From Candidatus Krumholzibacteriia bacterium (lineage in GTDB: Bacteria; Krumholzibacteriota; Krumholzibacteriia; JAJRXK01), in NCBI GenBank assembly GCA_041484665.1, contig JBGPIA010000001.1, positions 256,001 to 320,000 on the forward strand: a DNA stretch of 64,000 bases. Reading direction: 5' to 3'. Under the pieces are notes generated by a model. It saw only the letters and a program-made list of their open reading frames with translations, searched no databases and was not told the origin of the DNA. The translations under genes were made by a program, and so were the position numbers. Below are positions 10,420 to 19,100 of this stretch, one piece after another; the stretch's first letter is position 1, and every line of letters starts with the position of its first letter.

Positions 10420-10670
10420 GCGCACCCTCCGCCGGCGACGCCGATTCCGCCCGTGGAGCCTTCGCGCGCCTCGCGCCAGTGCAGCTCGCGGCGCTCCTCG
10501 CGGGCATCGCGGTCGAAGGCCATGATCGGGTCGGCGAGGAACTCACGCTGGTAGCCCTTGACCGTCGCGCATCCGGACACCGTCAGCAGCAGCAGCAGTG
10601 CCGACGCCGCCCGCACCAAGCGGCTGCGTGGCCCCACGCGGACGGCCCGAACTTGCGTCCCTGGTCTCAT
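10410..10670 (-). CDS. DUF4266 family small lipoprotein
   Basis: SGC lipobox, VKGYQREFLADPIM, and C-terminal AREGSTGG.G..GGGCACN; sits between TlpA and DUF3570. Confidence 0.88.
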   Translation of the reverse strand: MRPGTQVRAVRVGPRSRLVRAASALLLLLTVSGCATVKGYQREFLADPIMAFDRDAREERRELHWREAREGSTGGIGVAGGGCACN

Positions 10671-11287
10671 TGCGCACCTCCCGTTGCGCCGGCCATGGCC
10701 GCGGCGGGAGCGGACAGCAGTCCCTCCACGATGCGCCGCAGCGAAGCCAGCACCTCGTCGCCACCGCCACCGGAGACGCTCACGACCTTGCCACCGCGGT
10801 CCAGCACGTAGGTGCAGGGCAGGTGCGGCAGGTCGAGCTGGGCGGCCAGCCCCTGCGCCCCATCGTGGTAGAGCGGCAGCTGCAGGTGCTGTGCTTGAGC
10901 GAAGTGCTTCGCACGCGACCGGTCCCGGTCGATGGAGATGGCGACCACGCGCGCTCCGCGGCCGGCCAGGTCGGCGTGCAGGCGCGCCAGGTAGGCGAGC
11001 TCCTTGCGGCACGGCGCGCACCAGCTGGCCCAGAAGCTCACCACGACCACCTGCCCACCCAGCGGGCCCAGGCGGGCCGCCCCGCCGTCGAGCGTCGCGA
11101 AACTGTGGCGCTCCAACGCCGCGCGTAGGTCGGCCGCCGCGAGCGCCGGCGCGGCGGGCGCGGCGGATGCCGACGCGCGCTGCGGCGATGCTCCGGCGGC
11201 GGCCAGCAGCGCGCCGATCGCCGCGAGTGCCAGCACCCGGCAACGCCGCCCGCCGGGCGCAGGAAGAGAATTCACGCCCACGCTCAT
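10667..11287 (-). CDS. TlpA/ResA family thiol-disulfide reductase
   Basis: VVVSFWASWCAPCRKE; LP.TYVLDR.G; N-terminal signal or anchor. Confidence 0.9.
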   Translation of the reverse strand: MSVGVNSLPAPGGRRCRVLALAAIGALLAAAGASPQRASASAAPAAPALAAADLRAALERHSFATLDGGAARLGPLGGQVVVVSFWASWCAPCRKELAYLARLHADLAGRGARVVAISIDRDRSRAKHFAQAQHLQLPLYHDGAQGLAAQLDLPHLPCTYVLDRGGKVVSVSGGGGDEVLASLRRIVEGLLSAPAAAMAGATGGAQ

Positions 11288-11300
11288 GCCCTCCTGCGGC

Positions 11301-13340
11301 TCACTTGTACTGGGCGCCCAGAAGCACCCAGAGGTTGAACAGCTCGACCTCGGCCGGAGTGAGCGCGTACTGCCCCTGCGGGTGCACCGCCTTCCCCTGC
11401 TGGGTGCCCAGGCCCTTCAGGTAGTCGATGAGCAGCGACCGCCGCGGGAAGGCGGGCTCCACCACGTTGTGGTCCATCCGACGTGTCTCGCCCGAGAGGT
11501 TGATGTAGCCGCGGGGGAAGATCCGGTTCTCACGCATGGTCGTATCGGGCACGGCGGTGAGATCCAGGTTCCCCGGCGCGGGGATCGTGTCGGTCACGGC
11601 CACGTGGGTCGTGTCGGTTCCGTTGACGATCGTCGAATCGCGCTGAACGTAGGTCGGGTAGTGGCACGTCGCACACTTGCTCTGTACGATCGGGCCGATG
11701 TTCGTTTCGTAGTTGATGATCTGGAACTGCGACGAATCGAGGTCCAGATCGGTCGGCGGCATGGTTGCGGCGATCGGGTTGAGGTTGGTGGGCACGGGGC
11801 CTCCGGCAGCGCGGTCCTCGTGGCAGCCCACGCACTTGTTGAACTCCTCGCCGGGTCGCAAGTAGATCCAGGTGCGCTTGACGACGATGCCGCGCCCGTA
11901 CTCATCCAGCGTCGCAAACCCGATGGGCGTGTCGGCCGGCACCTTGATGCGAAACGATCCGTCGGCGTACACCGGCGCGAAACCGATCAGGGCGCGCTTC
12001 TCGAACTCGTTGGCCGAGAAGTCGTTCATGTCGCCAGGGCGCGTGGCCCGGGCGGTGTAGACCGCGATGCGGTCGATGGGCTGCGTGCCCTTGACCGGCC
12101 GCTCCTGCCCGTCGTTGGTGCCGCGATTGAAAACGTCCTGTGCCAGGAAGACTCCGTAGTTCTTCGTGGGATCCACCGTGCTTTGGATCACCGGCGGCTT
12201 CGGGTGCGCCGCGAGCACCTGGGCGTCGAACTCGTTGGCGGCGGGATCGTTGTAGAGGAACGTGAGATCCTTGATGGCAATGGTGGCCGGATCGGCGGTA
12301 GTGCCGGCGCCGGTCTGCTCCAGCGTGAAGGTGTAGAGGCCGTAATCCGCGTCTTCTTCCGTGGCGGCCGGCAGCGTGTACGAGGCCACGAACTTGTTGC
12401 CGCCCAGTGGGAACGGGTACTTGAAGGCGCCGTAGACCCACGGCGCGCCATCGGTGTTGATGTTCGCGTTGAGGGCGTCCCAGTGCAGGCTCGTGCTTCC
12501 GGTCGCCGGGTCGGCCGGCCCCTGCTCGGGCTTCAGCACCGCCAGCGGGCCGGCGTCCCCCTCCACCATCGTCGACTCGATGGCGACGATGCGGCCATCC
12601 GGCGTCGGCTGGGCGTGGAAGAAGTTGCGCTCGTGGGGTCCGAAATGATGGAAGGTCCCGCTCCCGTCCGGATTGGTGGCGAACAGCGGGAAGCGGTTCA
12701 TCGTCCCGAAGTGCTCCCAGCGCGTATACATGACGCGCCCGTCGGGCAAGAGCGTAGGATCGAAGTCGTTGCTCTGGTTGAAGCTGATGCGCTCCAGGTT
12801 CGACCCGTCGGCGTTGCAGCGATAGAGGTGCTCCGCGAGCGAGTGGTTGTACTCATCCATCTCGCTGTCGCGGGAGCTCGTGAAGAGGATCTGGCCGTCG
12901 GGCAGGTATAGGGGGTCGAAGTCGTGCCCGCCGCCCCTGGTGATCTGGCGCAACCCGCTCCCGTCGGCGTTGATCTCCCAGATGTTCTTCCAGGTCGCGC
13001 CGGGCGGCCGCAGCGCGAACAGGATCGTCTTGCCATCGAACGAGACACACGGGTCCGAGACGCTCGCCCCGACGAAGTTCGTCACCGCTGTGACGATGCC
13101 GTCGGGCGAGATCGGCGACAGCTTGTACAGGTTGCTCTCGGCCCAGCTGCGGTTGAGGGTCTCCGCGTCCTGGGACTTGATGAAGACGAGAGCCGCGGTG
13201 GTCTGCTCGGCCACGAAGAGATCGTCCGGCGCGCTCTTCTTGCACCCAGCCAGCGCGGCCGCGCCAGCAGCCGCGGCCAGGATGGCCGTGCGCAGGGGCC
13301 GCGAAGAGACGAGCGCCCAGAGTAGGTGTTCGCGTCGCAT
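11301..13340 (-). CDS. Hydrazine synthase alpha-subunit-like lipoprotein (PD40 propeller + HzsA middle domain + two CXXCH)
   Basis: LAGC lipobox; DPCVSFDG, DFDPLYLPDG and YTRWEH repeats; DGSFRIKVPADTPI...LRPGE...CVGCHE; second motif CATCH. Confidence 0.85.
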   Translation of the reverse strand: MRREHLLWALVSSRPLRTAILAAAAGAAALAGCKKSAPDDLFVAEQTTAALVFIKSQDAETLNRSWAESNLYKLSPISPDGIVTAVTNFVGASVSDPCVSFDGKTILFALRPPGATWKNIWEINADGSGLRQITRGGGHDFDPLYLPDGQILFTSSRDSEMDEYNHSLAEHLYRCNADGSNLERISFNQSNDFDPTLLPDGRVMYTRWEHFGTMNRFPLFATNPDGSGTFHHFGPHERNFFHAQPTPDGRIVAIESTMVEGDAGPLAVLKPEQGPADPATGSTSLHWDALNANINTDGAPWVYGAFKYPFPLGGNKFVASYTLPAATEEDADYGLYTFTLEQTGAGTTADPATIAIKDLTFLYNDPAANEFDAQVLAAHPKPPVIQSTVDPTKNYGVFLAQDVFNRGTNDGQERPVKGTQPIDRIAVYTARATRPGDMNDFSANEFEKRALIGFAPVYADGSFRIKVPADTPIGFATLDEYGRGIVVKRTWIYLRPGEEFNKCVGCHEDRAAGGPVPTNLNPIAATMPPTDLDLDSSQFQIINYETNIGPIVQSKCATCHYPTYVQRDSTIVNGTDTTHVAVTDTIPAPGNLDLTAVPDTTMRENRIFPRGYINLSGETRRMDHNVVEPAFPRRSLLIDYLKGLGTQQGKAVHPQGQYALTPAEVELFNLWVLLGAQYK

Positions 13341-13383
13341 CATGATCTCCTTTAAGGCTCCTGCCGCCCGCGCGCCGTGGCGC

Positions 13384-14109
13384 CTAGCGCCCCAGCGTGC
13401 GGTAGAAGGAGAGACCGATCGTCGCCTCGCCGTACTGGTAGGCGATCGTGTCCCCCGAGTTGCGTTCTCCGCCGATTACGGTGGTCTCCCGCAGCTCCAC
13501 GCGCAGCGCGACGTCGTTGCGAACGTAGAGCTCCAGCCCGCCACCGAACGCCAATGCGTTCTTGGTCACCGGGTCGGCGTTGAAGGCCCTCCCGGGAAAA
13601 ACGAGCATCATCCCGTAGCCGAGGCTGCCGTAGGGTTGCACGCGCCACGGCAGCGGATAGCGCAGCAGGACGTTGAAGGTGTTGAATAGGGCGTGCACGG
13701 AGGCGCCGGGGTTGTGCCCGATCGCCGCCTCGTATCCCAGCCACCGGTTGGGGTTGTAGGCCAGGCGGAAGGCGAACAGGCGCTCGTTGCCGAGCTTGCC
13801 GAAGCCGGGGCTGAAGGCGAGGCGGTGCAGGAACGGCCGCTTGCCGGGCGCGAGCGCGAACGGCGCGCTGGCCACCTCGGGCACCAGCGGCGTGAGCGCG
13901 CGTGCGGCGCCCGGGACCGGTGCACCCCGCGGCGGCGCGCTCACGGCGGTCGCATCGCCCTGCGCGGCTCGCGCAAAGGGCAGCGCCGTCAGCCACGCCG
14001 CAGCGCACACGATTGCGCTCGCCATCCATGGCGCCCGCGGCCGCGCCCATGCGCCGTCGCCGCTGCGGGCGGCTCTGCGCTGAGTGCGGTTGCGGCTGTG
14101 GCCGTTCAT
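13384..14109 (-). CDS. Outer-membrane beta-barrel protein
   Basis: Signal peptide; QPYGSLGYG, FGGGLELY, ALRVELRE strands; IGLSFY near the C-terminus; start overlaps the upstream stop (ATGA). Confidence 0.75.
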   Translation of the reverse strand: MNGHSRNRTQRRAARSGDGAWARPRAPWMASAIVCAAAWLTALPFARAAQGDATAVSAPPRGAPVPGAARALTPLVPEVASAPFALAPGKRPFLHRLAFSPGFGKLGNERLFAFRLAYNPNRWLGYEAAIGHNPGASVHALFNTFNVLLRYPLPWRVQPYGSLGYGMMLVFPGRAFNADPVTKNALAFGGGLELYVRNDVALRVELRETTVIGGERNSGDTIAYQYGEATIGLSFYRTLGR

Positions 14110-14528
14110 TGCAGCACCCCGGCCTGGATCCAGGCGCGGATCGCTTGATAGCCCGGGTCGTCCGTGCTGGCGAACGGCTTGAAGCTGTGGGGCACGCCGC
14201 CGGCGGCCACCGCCAGCGGCTTGGTCAGCAAGGTGCTCGCGTCGCGGTCGTACGCGTTGACCTGCAAGCTCGCCTGCTCGAAGTCGAATGGGTCGCTCTT
14301 GGCAGCGACCGGAGAGAGGGCGAACGTCCCGCGGATGCCCCCGCCGTGGCAGTCCCCCCCGGCGTCGCACCCCTGCGTGCTGAGCACCGGCGCGACCGTC
14401 TGCTGGTACTGCGCGAAGCTCAACACCAGGCGCTGCCCGCCTCCGGGCGGGAGCGGCGGAGCATCCGGCGAGGAGCACGCTGTCAGCAGCAGCGGCACGA
14501 CCCATAGGATTCCAGCTCTATTGGTCAT
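14106..14528 (-). CDS. Lipoprotein with atypical cytochrome c-like CX5CH motif
   Basis: GGAG SD; LTAC lipobox; VAPVLSTQGCDAGGDCHGG...SLLTKP-like..H...YQAIRAWIQAG (planctomycete-cytochrome-like layout). Confidence 0.7.
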   Translation of the reverse strand: MTNRAGILWVVPLLLTACSSPDAPPLPPGGGQRLVLSFAQYQQTVAPVLSTQGCDAGGDCHGGGIRGTFALSPVAAKSDPFDFEQASLQVNAYDRDASTLLTKPLAVAAGGVPHSFKPFASTDDPGYQAIRAWIQAGVLQ

Positions 14529-14782
14529 CTCCACACGGCGCGCCGGCCGCCGGCGTCGTGCAGGATGCACGCGCGCGGTGGCGTTGCGCTCTGCCCGCGC
14601 CTGCAGGATTCTTCCCTTAGGGGGTCGTCCTTGCCGGGCGACGGCTCGCCCCGGACCACTCTGGGATTGTGATCTCGGGTGTGCCTCGGGGGAGCAATGT
14701 TCGAACCAACGCCGGGGCGCGTGCGGCAGGGATTACGGCACCCCCGCGGCGCCGCGGCGGCGCGTCGCGCTACCGCAGGCAA

Positions 14783-16114
14783 CTAGAAGGGGCGCACGTG
14801 GAAGAGCGACCGTCCCTCCGCCGTCATGTGGAAGTCTCTGACCAGCGAGCGCTTCACCCAGACCGTATCGGGAGCGCTGACGGACGATGCAGGCTGCACG
14901 AGGACGACCTGGAGCTCCGGGCGCTGCTGTGCCAGAGCGGCGGCCGCGCGTGGGCCGAGCACCAGCAGGCCCGTATCCCACGCGTCGGCCTCCAGCGCCG
15001 TTGGCGCCACGACCGTGGCCGACAACAACCCGTCGACCGGCCAGCCCGTGCGCGGATCGAGCACGTGGCCGAAGCGTCTGCCGTCCTGCATGACAAACTG
15101 CTCGTAGTTGCCCGATGTGGCGATCGACCGGCCGCGCAGCTGCACCGTCGCGAAAAAGGGCACCCGGCCGCGCGGGTCGCGCACCCCCACCGTCCAGCTG
15201 TCGCGCTGCGGGGGTTGCCCCAGCGGCCGCATGTTGCCCGACAGATCCACCAGCGCGTCGCGCACGCCTGCGGCCGACAGCTGCGCGACCGCACGGTCCA
15301 CCGCATAGCCCTTGGCGATACCGCCCAGGTCGACCTGCACGCCGTTGGATGCGAAGCGCACCGTCGCCGACGCGCGCTCCACGCTCACCTGGCGGTAGCC
15401 CACCCGGGGCAGGAGCGCCTCGATTTCCGCTTGGGGGGGCACGTGGGGGATCCCTCCCAGGAAACCCCACAGCCGCACCAGCGGCTCGATGGTGACGTCG
15501 TAGGCCCCGCCCGTAACGGCCGCCACACGCAGCGCCTCGTCGAGCACCAGGGCAACCTCGGGATCGGTCACGACGGCCCGTTGCGCAGCCTCCCGGTTCA
15601 GCCGCGCGACCGCGCTGGTCTGAGTCCAGTTGCTCATCAGCGAGTCGACGTGCTGGAAGGCGCGCAGCGCCGCCTGCGCTGCTGGGGTTGTGGCCGCGGA
15701 GTCGGCCGTGACGACGGTGACCTGTCCGACCGTTCCCATCGTCCTCGCGCGCCAGGCCACCGAGCGCGGGGCTGGCGCCGCCGTCGGCGCACCGGCCGGA
15801 GTGCCCGGCTGCGGACGGGGCGACGGGGCAGGCGTTGCGGGTGGCGTCGGGGTTGGCGTCAGCGGCGGCGTGCCGACAGCCGACGGGCAGGCGTGCACGG
15901 GCCAGGGCACGCAGCCCAGCATCACGAGCAGCGCCGCTCCGACGGCGGCCCGCTGCGCGCTTAGCAGGTGAAGTGCGCGCTGTCCGCTGCGGGCGGGCGG
16001 CGGCCGGTCTGCACGCAGCAGACGGCGCGCGCGTGGCGCGCCGCTGGGCGAGCTCGCGGGCGCAGGCGCGTGCGGACCGCCGGGCTGCGGCATGCCGGTG
16101 CGCGGCTTTGGCAT
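14783..16114 (-). CDS. apbE: FAD:protein FMN transferase (ApbE family)
   Basis: TMGT, GAYDVT..PL..LWGF, DLGGIAKGYAVD, ATSGNYE, HVLDPRTG, ADAWDT motifs. Confidence 0.93.
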   Translation of the reverse strand: MPKPRTGMPQPGGPHAPAPASSPSGAPRARRLLRADRPPPARSGQRALHLLSAQRAAVGAALLVMLGCVPWPVHACPSAVGTPPLTPTPTPPATPAPSPRPQPGTPAGAPTAAPAPRSVAWRARTMGTVGQVTVVTADSAATTPAAQAALRAFQHVDSLMSNWTQTSAVARLNREAAQRAVVTDPEVALVLDEALRVAAVTGGAYDVTIEPLVRLWGFLGGIPHVPPQAEIEALLPRVGYRQVSVERASATVRFASNGVQVDLGGIAKGYAVDRAVAQLSAAGVRDALVDLSGNMRPLGQPPQRDSWTVGVRDPRGRVPFFATVQLRGRSIATSGNYEQFVMQDGRRFGHVLDPRTGWPVDGLLSATVVAPTALEADAWDTGLLVLGPRAAAALAQQRPELQVVLVQPASSVSAPDTVWVKRSLVRDFHMTAEGRSLFHVRPF

Positions 16115-16167
16115 GGAGCGTCCTCTCTGTCCAGAGGCCCTGGATGATGGCGGTGGCGGGCCCGCGC

Positions 16168-19100
16168 TCAGCGCACCAGGGCGATCGGGCGGTGCAGCAG
16201 CGTGGCTCCGCGGCGCACGAGCACGTAATAGACCCCGCTCGCCACGGTCCGCCCGCGCCCGTCTCGCCCGTCCCAGACGAGCTCGGCGGGTCCGGCCGGC
16301 AGCACGCCGTCAAGCAGGGATCGCACCAGCCGGCCGCGTGCGTCCACGATGGTGACCTCGACTTCGGATTCCCGGTCCAGCTCCAGGCGGATCGCCGTGC
16401 GCGGATTGAAGGGATTGGGAACGTTGGGCAGAAGCGCAAGCGTGGTTCTCGTCGGCACGCCAGGCACCAGGGTGGCAGTGGCGCACCCGACTCCCAGCGC
16501 CCCGAGCGGGCCGCAGCCGGCCAGGTCGGCCGCCGGCGAGCCGGCGGCCAGCCGGTAGTCACCGCCCGCCTCGTTGCAGAAGTACGGCTCGAACGAGAAG
16601 TTGCCGGCCATCGCCAGTGAGTCGGTCACGCCGGGGCCGTCGAAGCGCCGCCCGGCCCCGAAGAAATCGTTGCACCGCATGCGGAGGACCGCCTGCGGCG
16701 CCTGGACGGTGAGCAGGACCCCAGGGACGTGGGTGAGGATGCAGCGCGTGAGGGCCAGGGAGTCCGCCACGGCCTCGAGCACGATCCCGCCCGCGAGGCC
16801 CGCCAGGGTGCAACGCTCGGCGCGCAAGGCCCCCCTGCGCACCAGGATTCCGGAGCCGCCGCCGGCGATCAGCACCCGGCGCATCCGGGGGAGCCCACCG
16901 CGGATCACCACCCCGATGGCGCAACCTCGCAGCTCCACATCCTCCAGCGCGGCGGAGCACGAGTCCAACAGCGCCCCGACGACGGGACCGCTGATGGTCA
17001 ACCCGCGCACGCGCGCGGTGGTGTCCTGTGGCGACAGTTCGCCGGGCCCGCCGGACGCCACGGCCCAGGTCAGCGCGCTCGCGTTCAGGAGGGTCACACC
17101 CGTCCCCCGCCCCAGCACGGTGATCCCCGACTTCAGGGGGATGAGCGCGCGACCGGGGAGCCCGTCCACGACTACCGGCGACGGCGCGGTGAACGTGCCG
17201 GCCGAGAGCGCGATGGTGTCCCCGGGCGCGGCAGCGCTCGACGCCGCGCCCACGGTGGCGAAGGGGCGCTCCGCGGGCCCACACCCGAATACGTCGCTGC
17301 CCGAGGGCGCCACCCAGCGCACGCGCGAGCCTGCCGGCGGGCCGAACTCGAGGTCGTCGATCGTCCATCCATAGGACTGGCCCGACGCGTCGCTGACGCG
17401 GCGCAGCCGCACGCGCGCCCGCTGGCCGGCGTAGGTTGAGACGTCGAGCGACTCGTGGACCCAATCGGCGGGCGTCAGCAAGCCGTCGAGCCAGTTGGCC
17501 GGATCGCCCGCGAGCTCCTGGTGGTCCGCGCCCCGGTAGCGCGCGAGCTCGATCCAGTGCCCACCATCGTCGACGCTGATCTCCGCCAGCGCCACGTCCC
17601 CGTCATCGGCCAGGTGCGCGGCGTGCACGAAGCGCAGCCGGCTATCGCTGGTGAGGTCGATCGGGTCGTTGAGAGTGAGCGTTGCCTCGCTGCTCGGCGC
17701 GTAGCTGGGTGCGGAGAGCGGCCCATCGCGGAAATTCAGCGGGCCATCGAAGCCTGGGGGCCCGGTCGCGAAGCCCTGCAGGGTCACTGCGGAGAGGATG
17801 CCCGACACGTCAGGACCGTCCAAGCGGGCCTCGAAGCGGCACGCGGTCGGGCCCACGAACACGCTGGCTACGGCGCTCGCGCCCGCCACACCGAGCGTGA
17901 CCGGGCGCACGCTGACACTGTGGTGTCCCTGCTGCATCCCGATCGTGGTCTGCGTGGCCGAGCCGGGCAGGAGCGTCGCGACCGCCCCGTCGACCACCAC
18001 GCGCAGCGAGTCGTACGCCCCCGCGTTGGTCCAGCGCGCTTCAACCTGGTCGAAGGACGGATCGAGATTGCGCGGGTGGACGCTGAGGGCGAGCGGCGCC
18101 AGCAGGCTCGCCGCAGACGCCGGACGCCACACGAGCAGCGCCGCTCCCCCGGCGGCAAGGGTCGCCGCCTGCTGCTGCAGCCGGATCGTGAGCACGGTGT
18201 CGGTCGGAGCGTAGAGTACGAGCGCGGCCGACCGTTCGAGCGCATTGAGCGGGTCGGCCTGGGAGAGGACCGCGCCAAGGTCGGAGAGCCAGGCGAGCTG
18301 CGGGCGCGCGTCGTCCACCGGCCGGTCGGCGTGGACCTGCACCAGAGCGCCCGCGGCCATCGGAATCCGTACCAGGTCCACGTCACCCGTCGGATAGAGC
18401 GTGCGCGGGGCAAAGCGCTCCACGTTTGGAAGACGCGGCGTGGGGAGGCGCGGCGTGAAATCGGCGGCGGAATCCGTGTCCGTCGCCAGGCTGTCGCGTG
18501 CCAGCGAGAAGCCCAACCCCGGCGCCAGCAGGGTCCCGGTGAATACCTGCCCGGCGGGCACGGGCTCCTGCGAGGGCACCGAGCCGCCGCCTCCCGACCA
18601 ACGCACGAAGTCCACGGCAACGCCCGCGGCGTTGCGCAGGATGCAGGCGCCGTCGTCCTGCTCCCGCCACGGGATGCTCCACGCGGGATCGTAGAGGTCG
18701 CTGGCTCGGTTCTGCGCCGGGTTGCCGCCTTCGTGCAGCACCAGGCTGCGTCCGGGCGCCAGGCGGACGCCGGCGGGCAGCGTCGTCGTGCGCGTGGCGC
18801 CCGCGCCGAAGCCGTTGCGCCGCACGGCTACGCTCCAGCTCGAGAGGTCGGCGGTGGACGCTCCACTGTTGGTGAGCTCGACCGCATCGCGCTCGCCCAG
18901 CAGCAGCTCGCCCAGGACGACGCGGCCGCCCGGGTTCAGGGGCGGCTGCGCCCATGGCAAGAGCAACGGCGCGGCGGCCGCCAGGTTGTCGGGCTCGGCC
19001 GCATCCACGAAGAGCGCGGTGCCGCCTTGCTCGACGCTGATCGTGCGCAGTGCGGCGGCGTCGCCGTAGGCCGCCAGCCACAGTGCGTGCAGGTCCTGGT

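Noticed and set aside
11301..13340. Evidence for anammox metabolism
   Set aside because: Only an HzsA-like domain set; no hzsB/hzsC, hdh or hao in the window.
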